Source: Chrysomallon squamiferum (taxonomy: Eukaryota; Animalia; Mollusca). Taken from it: a DNA stretch of 64,000 bases. This document shows, piece after piece, positions 42,248-54,000 of this stretch (positions are counted from its first letter, which is position 1; each line of letters starts with the position of its first letter). The notes beneath the pieces are model-generated. The model did no database searches, had not been told where the DNA came from, and saw only the letters and a program-made list of their open reading frames with translations. Where the stretch lies: the NCBI GenBank assembly GCA_012295275.1, contig CM022665.1, positions 15,004,001 through 15,068,000 on the forward strand, given 5' to 3'. The position numbers were made by a program, and so were the translations under genes.

Positions 42248-45200
42248 TTTTGATGATTTTTTTGTTTTCAATGGCTAACATGAATACTGTAATATTTCAG
42301 TTATGTGAAAACATACCTTCTGCCTGACAAAACAAGAAGTGGAAAAAGAAAGACAAAGATTAAAAAACACACACTGAATCCAACCTTCGATGAAGTTCTT
42401 AGAGTAAGCAGATATTTTGGTTACAAACAGTTAGTTACCTCATAATTAACAACCATTTTTAATATTCATTTGTTGAAATAACACCAACCTATGATACCTG
42501 TTCTAGAAAATATGGTTAAATTAACAACTTTTGATATCTGTTCTAGGAGATTTTGGTTGAATTATCATTCTAGAAAAGAATTGTTGAATAAACAACTTCT
42601 GGTATCTGTTCTGAAGGAAATAGTTGAATTAATAATGATGTTCATTCTTGAAAATAGGCTTGTTCCTGGCTAATATTTAATTTCTTTTTAGTGTTTTTTG
42701 AAAGAATCTATATAATCAGCATAATATTTTTCCCACACAGCTATGGGATTGCTTCTTTTGGGTATATAATTCACAAATGCGATTTACATATGTTTTTCAG
42801 TATGTCATATCAAATTGTTTGTCATTTCTTTTCAGTACAGTACATTAAATGTTTCATTTTAGTATCAAAGATATTTTGATTCAGTAAGTGATATTAAAAA
42901 TATTTTTGTTTCAGAATGTGATATCAAAGATGCTTTGTTCAGTATGTGATATTAAAGATATTTTTGTTTCTTTGTGTGATAATGAAGGTATTTTTGTTTC
43001 AGTATGTGATATCAAAGAGTGAAGTAGAAAACAGAGTTCTGTGGGTGACTGTTTGGCACAATGATCCATTTGGTCGCAATGACTTCCTAGGAGAAGTGAT
43101 GATCTCCCTTGAATGTTACAAGTTTGGAGACTCAGCTCCAAGATGGTATCTGCTTCAAGAAAGGGTATGTTTGCTTCTAATCTGTTCTATGTCTGAATAC
43201 TTGTTTTCTGTTACTGTTGTTTTTGGATGTTATATATGACATTATACATTTATCTAATGTTATTTTGTTTTCATATTTCTGTATTATTTATGTTTTAGAT
43301 AAATGTTAAAATTTCATAAAAATAGTAACAAAAACAACAAAGTAATAATTGTTTGGAGTAATTTGTCAAATCTGGACAAACAAACAATAAATCAATAAAT
43401 TTATTTTTTTATGTTAATTGTTCCTGGTGCAGTCAGTGAGTTATATCCTGTTCCGACCACTTATCTGTGATTTCTTTAACACAGGTTATCGTATTGTTCA
43501 CAGGAAGATGCAAATAAAAACTTTCTTGCTGTTAACTGATAAAAATAATTATTGAAATGAAAAGAGAGGATTACTTTTGATCAAATTATCATTATAACAT
43601 CAAAAATATGTTTTGACTTAATTAAACTCAAGAGATGTTGTTAACTGATTAAACAACATGCATATATATATATTATACAATAAATTGTTGGTTTTTTTGT
43701 CTTTTTCAAATTTATTTATTTATTATTATTATTATAATTTTAATTTTTTTTTTTTTTTTTTTTTTTTTTAACTTCAGCATTTGTGTTTCTGACCAACTTT
43801 TTAGTTAAAATTAAATGGATTGTTCATTTCTTTTTCTTTCAGCTGGAGTTGCCTGAACACTCCCTATGTTACAAAGGTGATTTAGTTCTGTCTCTGAAAT
43901 ACGTCACACCAGATCAGATTGAAAGTCCAAGCAAGAAGGGAAAGTCCAAGAAAAACAAGGAGTCCAGCAAAGGAGAACTTCATGTGTTTGTCAAAGAATC
44001 ACACAACCTAACTGCAGTGAGATCCAATGGCACTTCTGATCCATTCTGTAAAGGGTAAATTTTACTGCTTAGATTTTGGGGGTTTTTTTTAATAAGAATT
44101 TGTTTTAATTTTTAATTTTTTAATTTTTGTATTATAATGTGAGAGCAGTATTTTCCTGTTGCACTTTGGGTTCTTTCTGCAAAGGGTAAATTATTATTAT
44201 TTTTTTTTTAAATCTTTTCTTTCATTGTAAACTTGACAACAGTATAGGTCCAGTTACACTTTCTAACAATTCTGCAAAGGTTTGTAAATCTCTTTTTTTT
44301 TTTTTTTTAATAACAGTTTGATCACAGTGTACTTGAGATGATATTTCTAAATTTTCACAAATTTTATTTATCAAACTTTGTAGTTTTAGGCAAAGGTTAG
44401 TATTTCATTGTTAATTGGGTTATAACAGTAAAATCTAACGCTACTTTTACATCAAATAGGGATAGGTTAAGTACCATTTACATTTTTATTTGTTAACCTA
44501 AAAGCAATCAGATTAAATGGCAAATTAGATCATTTCCATGAAGGAAACATCGTACATATTTCAGTCCCAGTGAACGTTAGCCACACTAGCTACTTTTATT
44601 GCGTGGGAAAATTCATGTAAAAGGTTCATTGCAGCTATCAAAAAAATAAAATAAAAAGAATTTTTTTCATGGCAGCAAGATCTTTTCTTTTCTCCTCATT
44701 TGCCTGCTCTTTATCCACATGTATGATGTTATGTAAATGAAAACATTAATTACCAACCGATTAGTGCTGCATACTGTATTGTCCATCATTTTGCAAATTT
44801 GTTCCATCATAATTCACTAACTCAGTATAATAATGCTGCCAAGAATAAGAAATAATAGACTTTGATATCAAAATGACATTTTAACCATGGAATGAAAAAT
44901 GTTTTCTGTCAAATGTAAAAATATTTAATATTAATTCAGTGTTTGTCTAGACTGGACAATAGGATTAATGTGCAGTTTGTAAGAAAAAAAACAATTCTGT
45001 TGTATAGCTGTCACAGGTGAATTAATGGTCCACTGAGGCATGGCAAACTGTCAGCTACTATTATTATGGAAATTATTTTCATGTTACGTTGTTCAGATTA
45101 ATTAGTACATTTTCATTGTTAAAAACACAAAACAATTTATGTATATTTAATTTATGCACATCTGTGATGAGGTAGCCAGAATAATAATAATAATAATAAA

Positions 45201-48137
45201 AAATATATATATATATATATATATGAATGTGTTTATATTCAGATAAGTGATAAATTATATTTGAGCATTGTTTTTTTCTGGGTTTTTTTTTATTAGTATG
45301 TTTTCTTTATTGTATACAACATACTATATGCATAACTAACAGAAATATTTATTATGAATACAAAATGAAAACAAAAAATGTACTTAAATTATTACTAAAT
45401 TATAATGAGTTTTTTTCTTTTTCTTTTTTTTTAATTTAAAATAAGCAAATACATATAGATAAGCAGTTATTTAAATAAATATTTTCTAGACAGTTGTTGT
45501 TTGTTAAAAATGTTTATTTGTTTTTCTATAAGTAAAAATATTTCTAATTTTGTCATAAATGTTAAAAGCAAATGAGCATTATGTTTATAATTTTTTATAT
45601 AGAATAGTATATGTTTTTTTATATCCCATTATCCCTACATTTCTGTACCTTTCTAATGTAACAACTTTAAGTATATAGTAAACACTTTTTTTAATGTATA
45701 TACATTCGAAATAAGTTTCTGAATAGCAGTAACTATTGTAATGACTTCAAGCCTTGTTACTAACATCTACCTTTTATTTTGACATCATAAACAGTTTTCC
45801 CTGTAATAATTTTACATTTCACTTCAGCATTGCAAATATGTTTACCTTTATGTTCATCCCTGTAAACATTTTACAATACATTTGAGCATTGTCAGCATTT
45901 TACATTTCATTCCAACATTGTGGACTTTTTTACATTTCATTTCAGCATTGTAAACATTTTATCTTATTTCAGTATTATAAATAGTTAACCATTGTTTCTC
46001 TTACTGACACAAGAGCAGCTGTGGTAAATAAACACAAACACATTAACAAAGGCCATTGTATGTTCTCATCTGTCTCTGGGATGGTGCTTATAAATAAATC
46101 TCTAGCTGCCAATTCAAAAAAGAATAAAAGTTGCCCATTTTGTGATGTCAGACTATTTTTCCAGTCCTGTTTCTGTTTATTGTGAACCACATATATACAT
46201 CTGTGTATGTATTTATATATCTATGTATGCATGTATGTTTGTATGTAAAATACTTTTGAACTGTTTACAATGGTTGAATTTATCATTAAATAAAGTATTT
46301 CTTCCTTAATTCAGCTACCTGTTGCCAGAAAAGAACAAGAGTGTGAAACAGAAGACTCCAGTGGTGAAGAGGAACTGCAATCCAGAGTGGAATCACATAT
46401 TTGTTTTTGAAGATGTGAGTCTGGAAGAGCTGAGACAGAGGAGTCTTGAGCTGACCATCTGGGACTATGACAGACTCACTAGCAATGATTTTCTTGGAGG
46501 TGTTCGACTCAATCTTGGCACTGGTATGTACATCCATGGTCATAACTACATTGAGGCAAATGCCTCAAACCTAAACTGACTGGGGTTTTTTAGGTATTTT
46601 TAAGAATCAAGGAATTTGTGTCTTTCAAGTTGGAGCTTCTGGGGGCCTTAAGTGGGCCCAAGACCCCTCGCTCAAATTGGATTTTTCCCGCTCCACTTAG
46701 CAATTAGGTGTTTTTGCCTCATTTCAAAAAGAGTCTAGTTACAGCCATGACATCATCATTTTTTTGGTAATAGAGTGTCTCTGTAACAGGATCAACAGCA
46801 AAAGAGCAAGCATCATATCTCCTGAGCCTTTTTATTGTTTCAAATAGTCTCAAAAGGAACTAAGTAACTACTATTTTGCCTTGAAACATTTTATAATTAC
46901 TACTTTCAAATTGTGTTGATTGCTGTTAGAGTATCCTTTTTTGTCAAGATTCTTGCAGCTCCAGCAATGTTATTCTGCTGTGTAATATTCATTTATTCAT
47001 GTAAAGGGAATAAAGACATTTTATATTTCTACTTACAAAATAATTTTAATTGTTTTAATTATCCTTTTTGTAACATTACTTGTACCTCCAGTATGTATGT
47101 AAGTACAAAGTTTAGTTTGTAATATGTGAGAGTCATAAAATCAAAGGAATAAACATATCTGTCAGGCATTTTATAATTATTACTTAGAAATAGTTTTAAC
47201 TAAATCTTTTTTTTGCTTGTAAATTCATTATATGTCTTAATCCAAATTCAGTCTTTAATATAAATCTTAAAATCAAAAGAGTAAACACAATATCCATCAA
47301 AGCATATTTTCAGCTGCTCTTAAAGTCTCTTTTTTCATTCATTTTAATTTTTTGTTTTTAAATATTTTTCATATTTCTGATTATGTTCTGGCTTGGTGTT
47401 TCGTGGGTCATTTCTGCTGATTGCATCTACTTGGCCATTTCCAAGATCAGCATGTTTATGAAAGCCTGTTTATAGACTAATTTTCCAGCTTTTAGAAAGT
47501 TTTAAATAAAAGATTTCTTGATGTGTAATTTGAAAGAGTAAAAACAAAATAAATAAAATAATATTGCGACAAGAATGGGCTTCATATCATATAATCACTT
47601 GTTTACAATCAGTTATCTGAATAGCATCCAGTCTTCTTTACTAACACTTCCTTCTGTTTCATCATCATAAACAGTTTTCCATTTATTTCAGTGTCTTAAA
47701 TTGTTTTCTTCTATTCAACACTGTTAACTGTTTACATCTTTTTTCAGCTTTGTAAACCTTTTATATTTCAGCACTGTAAATATTGTACATGTCTTTTCAG
47801 CACTGTAAACATTTTATATCTGTATGTGTGTGTGTGTGTGTATTTCTTTTGAGTGATACCTTATAATTATTCATAATAAATTGATTAAAGTGTTAAACAG
47901 TCATTCATTTATTCATGTTAAGGTGTCTTTTAATAACTGTTTTCATTTGGTTTATGTTATTGGCATTTTGTCTTCACTTTGTTTGCAGGTGTGTACGGTG
48001 GTCAGCCTGTGGACTGGATGGACGCACGTGGGGAGGAGGTCTACATCTGGAAGTCCATTTTTGAGCGTCCGAACATTTGGATACAGGCAACAGTTGGACT
48101 AAGACATACAATGGGCAAAAGTGAAATAAAGAAATAA
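8945..48137 (+). CDS. SYTL4/SYTL5-like: Synaptotagmin-like protein (Slp4/Slp5-like, bitesize family), 13 coding exons, about 1625 aa if all exons are included
   Basis: Manually spliced: 8945-9054, 9735-9947, 10471-10586, 21752-22687, 29499-31718, 36948-37126, 38470-38553, 41643-41827, 42301-42403, 43003-43164, 43843-44054, 46315-46523, 47989-48137. All introns are GT-AG with matching phases; total 4878 nt, open to TAA. SHD + zinc finger + C2A + C2B with C-terminal VDWMD..GEE..W motif typical of Slps. Confidence 0.92.
9735..9947 (+). CDS. SYTL4/SYTL5-like: Slp exon 2: FYVE-related Cys8 zinc finger
   Basis: Four CxxC pairs (CIRC, CSHC, CNNC, CCLC); acceptor tttttacAG, donor GTAAGT, phase 2-2. 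Confidence 0.92.
10471..10586 (+). CDS. SYTL4/SYTL5-like: Slp exon 3: SHD2 ([12 protein letters not shown]...DVIKASIRK)
   Basis: TGEWIY matches the (S/T)G(E/D)WF(Y) Rab-binding motif; acceptor ttttccAG, donor GTAAGT at 10587. Not in the ORF track. Confidence 0.9.
12806..12869 (+). CDS. Candidate alternative first coding exon of the Slp gene ([22 protein letters not shown])
   Basis: gccATG, 21 open codons, CAG|GTAATA phase-1 donor compatible with exons 4, 5 and 6; lies at the end of a GC-richer island in intron 3. Confidence 0.55.
13720..14040. repeat. Degenerate ~32-38-bp minisatellite
   Basis: Repeated gt(g)tatccaaataacaatggat-like units. Confidence 0.7.
16005..17285 (+). repeat. Copy B of the duplicated segment, plus an extra partial copy at 16005-16094
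   Basis: tggttttgatcagattaaagcaaa...ggatgaaactgcc occurs at ~4921, ~16012 and ~16672. Confidence 0.9.
17340..17530 (-). mobile_element. Degenerate SINE-like interspersed repeat (representative copy)
   Basis: A shared core like AAAAGATCCCTTGCTGCTAA recurs on + at ~21270, ~37440, ~43520 and ~46095, and on - at ~17370, ~44670 and ~60275. SINE identity is inferred. Confidence 0.55.
21752..22687 (+). CDS. SYTL4/SYTL5-like: Slp exon 4: 936-nt Ser-rich disordered linker, phase 1-1
   Basis: Long, GC-richer open frame (ORF 21817-22695) bounded by ttttatAG and GTGAGT; phase matches both neighbours. Confidence 0.82.
23152..23229. repeat. (TC)n microsatellite
   Basis: Long dinucleotide run. Many (TG)n/(CA)n runs occur elsewhere, e.g. 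2105-2140, 25030-25125, 36616-36705, 38101-38148. Confidence 0.95.
29499..31718 (+). CDS. SYTL4/SYTL5-like: Slp exon 5: 2220-nt acidic Ser/Thr-rich linker, phase 1-1
   Basis: Inside the 787-aa ORF; acceptor ttttgttgccAG at 29498, donor GTAGAT at 31719. Confidence 0.8.
31250..31505 (+). repeat. Coding 24-nt (8-aa, PVSDTNIL-like) tandem repeat inside exon 5
   Basis: Recurring ccagtttcagacac(c/t)aacattttac; protein [20 protein letters not shown]... Confidence 0.85.
33410..33930. repeat. Degenerate ~60-70-bp tandem repeat
   Basis: Recurring gataaaggtgc...cagtgcaatttgc...aatgattttgaagatgtgttac...tttaatt. Confidence 0.6.
36948..37126 (+). CDS. SYTL4/SYTL5-like: Slp exon 6 ([18 protein letters not shown]...[13 protein letters not shown])
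   Basis: Acceptor ttttacAG, donor GTTGGT, phase 1-0; open frame with raised GC. Confidence 0.8.
38470..38553 (+). CDS. SYTL4/SYTL5-like: Slp exon 7 ([28 protein letters not shown])
   Basis: EEDEDIDD.V resembles the acidic motif I recall preceding C2A in Slp4/5; acceptor ttattAG, donor GTAAGT, phase 0-0. Confidence 0.78.
40330..40880. repeat. Degenerate AAATGTAAC/GTAACTGAAATTAC minisatellite (related tract at 38750-38900)
   Basis: Many aaatgtaac and gtaactgaaattac units. Confidence 0.65.
41643..41827 (+). CDS. SYTL4/SYTL5-like: Slp exon 8: [10 protein letters not shown] motif and start of C2A
   Basis: [29 protein letters not shown]...[15 protein letters not shown]; donor GTAAGT. Confidence 0.93.
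42301..42403 (+). CDS. SYTL4/SYTL5-like: Slp exon 9: C2A ([34 protein letters not shown])
   Basis: Canonical C2 YVK.YLLPDK..KRKT motif; phase 2-0, GT-AG. Confidence 0.95.
42870..43020 (+). repeat. ~30-bp tandem repeat made from the exon-10 splice acceptor
   Basis: About five units of tatttttgtttcAG|tatgtgatatcaaaga; the last unit is the functional junction. Confidence 0.85.
43003..43164 (+). CDS. SYTL4/SYTL5-like: Slp exon 10: end of C2A ([16 protein letters not shown]...WYLLQER)
   Basis: C2 loop-3 motif; phase 0-0; donor GTATGT. Confidence 0.94.
43843..44054 (+). CDS. SYTL4/SYTL5-like: Slp exon 11: start of C2B ([12 protein letters not shown]...[28 protein letters not shown])
   Basis: Slp C2B signature; acceptor tttctttcAG, donor GTAAAT, phase 0-2. 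Confidence 0.94.
44010..44290 (+). repeat. Degenerate tandem copies of the exon-11 3' end and donor
   Basis: ttctgtaaagg|gtaaat (44055), ttctgcaaagg|gtaaat (44186), ttctgcaaag|gtttgtaaat (44280). Confidence 0.75.
46040..46195 (+). mobile_element. Degenerate SINE-like repeat copy
   Basis: aacaaaggccattgtatg...tgtctctgggatggtgcttataaataaatctctagctgcc aligns by eye to the reverse complement of 17340-17530. Confidence 0.5.
46315..46523 (+). CDS. SYTL4/SYTL5-like: Slp exon 12: C2B core (YLLPEK...[17 protein letters not shown]...[18 protein letters not shown])
   Basis: C2B motifs; phase 2-1; donor GTATGT. Confidence 0.95.
47989..48137 (+). CDS. SYTL4/SYTL5-like: Slp last coding exon ([49 protein letters not shown])
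   Basis: VDWMD..GEE...W....P..W motif of Slp C-termini; acceptor tttgcAG; stop TAA at 48135-48137. Confidence 0.93.
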
Positions 48138-48229
48138 ACAAAACTGAGTTACCTAACTTGAAATTTGCCCTATCTCAGCTGATGAGCTGATTTCACCACA
48201 TAATGATATGTAAATTGTCCATTTTGGTT

Positions 48230-48545
48230 AAACTGAATTCCCTGTTACACTGTATATAACTTGTAATTTTGAAATCTTAGTTGAAGTGAATTCCCTGTTT
48301 GACATAGTTTGTAATTTGGAAATCTTAATGAATTCCCTGCTATAAATAATTTGTAATTTTGAAATCATCATGAATTCCCTGTTTTACATAACTTGTAATA
48401 TTGAAATCCTAGTTAAACTGAATTCCCTGTTTGACATAATTTGTAATTTGAACATACATATATATATTCTGTTATATTTGTAACTTGAAAATCTAAATTA
48501 AATGGAATTCCATTTTATACATTACTTGTAATTTAGGAATGCAGG
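48230..48545. repeat. ~45-55-bp tandem repeat just downstream of the Slp stop codon
   Basis: About six units of gaattccctgtt...ataa(c/t)ttgtaattttgaaatctt. Confidence 0.85.
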
Positions 48546-50754
48546 TTAAACTGTATTACTGCTTATAATTCTAGGTATAACTGTATTACTTATAAATTGG
48601 AAACTTCACTGGCCATTAATTAAATTAGTCAAAAACTAGTAATTTGGCAGTTTCAGTTAACATTCACTTTTTCTTTACTTACTTCTAAGTTGTAAATTTG
48701 GTTTCATTAATTGAATTTTATGGCATACTCAATTAAGTGTGTTATATATAGACCAGTAAATAGTTGCCTTCATTAGTAACTTGTTTCCACTTTGTGATGA
48801 CATAAATTTTATTTTATTCTTTATTTTATTTTTCAGTTGTTATTTTTTTAATTAAATGAGCATAAATTCCATGTATGTTGCTATTATTATTATTATTATT
48901 ATTGTTATTATTATGTGTATAATTAACATGATGGTAGTTTTGATATATGTTTTTAAAAATATGTTTTCTGTTAAACAAATATGTAATTATGAAATTTTAT
49001 TTTTGTTATTTTGTAATAAATAAAATAACATTTTAAAAATCTATATTTTATAGACCACAATTTAGAATAATTAAAGATTAAGGATTTTTCTTTTTTTAAT
49101 TTTATTTTATATAGCAGTATTAAACATTAGGTCTTAATTTAGATTAATTATGACTTTATTTTGTAATTTTAATAAGAGTTAAATATTAAACAAATAAATG
49201 ATTAGTGAAACAAATAATAAAATTTTATATGTATTATCTATATTATTAGTTCACAGGATTAATTAAAAAGTTATTACCTATCATTAATACAAATTCTCTG
49301 TTACAGATTTTATACATATAGACATGTCTATTATCTACAGTTATCTTAATATTACATTATTTCTCATAATGTATTTACATTTTAGAAACAGAATTTTAAG
49401 ACAAGACATATATATGTTTGTTTTCTATTGGGTTATTGATCATAATACATTTATATTTTCAGAAAGAGAATTTTAACAAAACGTTAACATCTTATGCAAT
49501 GATTATAAACTGAACACCAAAAAAATAATTATTATATTTGTTGTTTTTTTATGATTATAATGGGTTTGAGGGCAAGTTTTATATAGTTTTTAATATTACT
49601 GTTTTTTTTTCTTTTTTCTTTTTTTTAACGTGATATTTGATGTGTATTTGTATATAAAACAGCGCAAATCAAACCAAAAATGTACACTGAAGCTACAATC
49701 ATTGTTTTGTTGGATTTTTTCATTGCAGCTGTGTTGCAAGTGTTATATAGTATAAAATGAGACTATATTTGTTTTCAGATACTTTTATTTTTATTTTTTT
49801 TGGATAGGGTTTCATTGTTTTATATTCATTAACATCATTTTGCACACATTGGACCATTTCCATTTGTAATATTGGTGCTCCCAAAATTAAGGTGAGAAAT
49901 TACATAGGAAAAACAAAAAAAGTTGTTAAAATATAATACATTATTTGATAGTATAAAGTGGTATAAAGGATTTCAAGTTGTTATTTAAACAGTAGCCTAA
50001 AATGAATGCAAAACTACACATGAATTACATAGCCTTATACAACATATGCAAAATAGATATTTCAAATGCTTCAGTTTGATATATATCTCTACATTTTGGG
50101 GTGGATTCTTTTTCTGGGTTTTTTTTTTTTGTTGTTGTTGTTTTTTTTACACTGATGTTATTCCTGTTTGGCAATAAATATGTAATATATATATTTGGGA
50201 GAAACAATTTGTAAATGGTATAAAATCAAAATGTCTTCACATTTAACAGCTCAAACTGTTTGCAAAAAAAATCCTGTATATATTGACAGTTGTTACTGGG
50301 TTTTTTAATAGCTTATCATGACCGTAGGCTTTGTCTAGAAACAATTTGTGTTAATACGTTTTTAGTATTGACCTCTCTACATAATGACTCTTGTTTTTCT
50401 CAGTTCTGTTAAATATATAATGCTATTTTTATCTATGCTGTTCTCCACTATAAAGTTCCATTATCCATTCTCTCTATATAATATCTGTTTTCTTTACTAT
50501 GTGCTACTGTTGTTTGTTTAATATATTGATATCCATTTTCTAAATTTCTGGTTCCTAACTGATTCAGATTTCACTGTTCAGCACATATACCCATACACAA
50601 ATGATCAAAGTTATAAAAGATGTAAATAAGAGGAAACAAAACATAAAATAATGGATTTCATGTATTTTGTCTTCACAAAAGTTTCCTATGTTAAACAGAT
50701 TAAGTTTATTGTAATTATGGTTGTTTGTACTTGAATGATTGGTTAGGATGTGTC

Positions 50755-51015
50755 AGTGAAGTTCAAACTCTTGACCAGTATCTGTGTACAGTCAGATATT
50801 TGAGCAGAGTCCATGTACAGATAAAACAGTTGACCGGTGTTTACACAGAGATCAAACTGTTTACCAGTATCTACAGACAGATCAAACTATTGACCAGTGT
50901 CTAGTATGGGTCAAACTGTTGACCAGTGTCTCAACAGACAGATCAAACTGTTGACCTGCATGTACATGCAGGTGAAACTGTTGACCAGTGTCCATGTACA
51001 AATCAAACCGACCAT
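50755..51015. repeat. ~29-30-bp minisatellite
   Basis: About eight units of cagatcaaactgttgaccagtgtc.atgta. Confidence 0.85.
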
Positions 51016-54000
51016 ATCGTTATTGCCATTGTAATAAAATATATATTTTTTTTTTTTTTAATCAGACAAGATCTGAGTACCAGATTTTTCAAACTGGTTA
51101 TGCTCTGTGAGCAGTTTTAAGTGAAATCAGATTGTGATCTTTATCATATGTAACAATACAGTGAATCAACCAGACTCACTGTGGTTAGTGAGTAATTCTG
51201 GTATTGATAGATGCAGTACATCTGGTGTAGTCGTATGAACTTCATGTACATACAAGTTTGTCTATATTGTTACAGTTCTGAAATCAAACTATGCTTTTGT
51301 TAGATGTTCGAGATTTAGGAATATTATTCTGATTGATTTTTCTTATTAAGTTTGTCCAGTACACTGTACTTTGTTATCTGTGTATGACTGTAGGGTTTTT
51401 TTTTTGGTGTTTTTTTGTATCTGAGTTGAAATTTCTTTCTTAAATTTCTATCCTCATAGTATGAAAAAGCTTTTGTTTTTGATAAAAAGTATTCTTAAAG
51501 TTACGAAAAATTTAATAACACAAACTCATTAAGTTATTTATTCAGATTGGTTTTATAGTGTTTACTTTATCTGAAACTGCATCTTTTTTTAACCTAATGT
51601 TTTTCTGAATTTTTAAATACTTTTTTTTTTCCCCACCTGTATTTTCTTTCAGTTTTGTGGAAGAAAACAAACTTAGATATTGGGCAGAAGGGAGGTTATA
51701 TGGATGAGGAAATGGTATCTTTTTTTTTCTCTTTCCATTGTAATTGTGCAAGAACATCTGATTACATTTGATTATGGTATCTGTAAAATTCTACTTTCAC
51801 ACATTTTTCTGCAGTTGTGTTATTTCACAATGTTAAAAAAATAATAATAATTTGGTTTCCTTTTCCGAAAATCTGTGTATGACTGTAGGTTTGTTTAACT
51901 GTCGTATCTGTAAAATTTTACTTTCACACACTGTTCTTTAACAGTCATATTCCTGACAATGTTTAACATTAATTCCTCTTTTTGTACATCTTCTAGCATG
52001 ATGCTAATATCATAACAACAATCCACCCAGAGGGGTTAAGAATATAATAATAATATTCTACCTTAAATGTTACAGTTGCTAAGGAAAGTTACTAGATAAC
52101 ATCTATAAGATAATGCAAAGCAGAATTTAGGAGCATTAAAGAAGTTTAGACTCCCTCTTGGTTACAAACATTTTTTTAATTATTAATATCAGAATCCATG
52201 ATTCCTCCTGTTAAAGAAATTAAGTTTAAATATTTTACAATTTAAAATACGTATGAAATTTATCGAGATAATTTCAGAAGTTTGACATACAGTACCTAAC
52301 TATTACTTGTAATTATTAATGGGAAGGAAACAAAATTTATAATAATTTTTCAAAAAGATTTATGTTCAACATTAGAGGTAAAATTGTTTTCTTTTTATTT
52401 AAAAGGAAGTTTTATCTGGACCTTTAAAAAAAAAAAAAGTATTCAGTGTGTTCTGCTGATAGGGAATATTGGTGGGGGGTTGTTATTTTAATCCTTGACT
52501 GACAGTACTCTACTATTATATCTAAAATTTATGGACTGGAAAATAATACAGGCAATTAATAGAAAAAGAAATCAAACTGAATTCTGTGTATGATAAACTA
52601 CAGTTATAATTCACGTGTGATAATTATAGATTTGAAGACAACAGATTTAGGATAAACATTCATTACATAGCAGTGCAGTCTAAGATGTGGCACAGTTTAG
52701 TTACATTTTGGTTAAAATATGGATTTGAAAACAATATTAATACATAGCAATGCAATTTCAGGTGTAGTGTATATTATATATTACATAGGTTAATATTTCA
52801 GTTTATTTTATAGAAATAATCAGTTATTTAGTCAGTGTGTGCATTAGTAACTATTGCATTATTACTTAATTTTATACTGTTGGGCATTTATTTAAATTGT
52901 ATATTACAATACATATACTGCCAGATAAATTAGTGTTGTTCCATAAACTGAATATTCATCAACTAAATGTCATTAGTAAACACTGTTGTAAATCTGGATA
53001 TATATATTTCAATTTTTATAGTTGTAGAGTATATTAAAATGTTCAAATAATTTAGTGCCTTGTTTGAAAATGGGCAAGTATTATAACTGTTAATCAGGAC
53101 CAGTTCTGGGTCAGTATTCAGTGGCTCAGGTAAGCTTTTGTACAGGATCATTATAAAGTTTTTGTGTTGTTTTATAACTTCTGATCTATGCATGATACAA
53201 CTGATCTGTCAAAAAACATTTAGAAGCTAGTAGTGTATTTGTTGTTGTGGGTTTTTTTTTTGTTGTTTTTTTGTCAACACAAAAATTAATTAGTTGTTTC
53301 AGTGCATTAAATTAATTAATTAATTATCATCAACTGAAAATCAGGTACAAAATGTATTTCTAGAACTTCAGAATCATATTATGGTTTGTCTCTGCAGTTT
53401 TGTTAAAAATTAAGAATCTCAACAATAAATATATATAAAAATCCAAAAATTATTTTCTCTTATCCATTTTACAGATTAATTCTATCATGCATGGATTTGA
53501 AGTTACATAAATTTTAAATTGTACTAGGACTTTAAAATGACCCTGTTTACTGCTGTAGAACAATCAAGTATCTGTATTGTTACAATGTCTCAAACTTAAA
53601 CTGGTCCTGGCTGTTGTTTTGTAAGTTGTATACAGTTATGTAGATTGGCTGGACTGTTTCTTTATCTGTGATGGCAAAACATTGTTTTTAATGATTGACT
53701 ATATTGTCTTTTCATTTGCTCAATTTGTTTTAAGTGGCATGCAGCAGCATGGTGCAAAGTTTTTTGTATATTTCTGTTTATATGTAAAAAAAAAAAAAAA
53801 AATTTTGTTATACAAGAGTTTTTTTGTTTTTTTTTTGCAATGTGTATGTTTGTAATGTGACACTTCCCCTCCCCTGACTTTCTAAAAACAGGGATACAAT
53901 ATAAATATACAAGTTCACAATTTGTTTTTGTTTTCTTTTTTGCCCCCATTCTTTCAAAGATTGATAGAAAAATTAAATTTGTATTATTACTGGGTTTTTT

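Noticed and set aside
47881-48102. Supplied 73-aa ORF as the last Slp exon
   Set aside because: Wrong frame; the conserved VDWMD frame runs 47989-48137.
50755-51015. CRISPR-like array
   Set aside because: Head-to-tail degenerate units with no unique spacers, no cas genes, and eukaryotic context; the same applies to 48230-48545.
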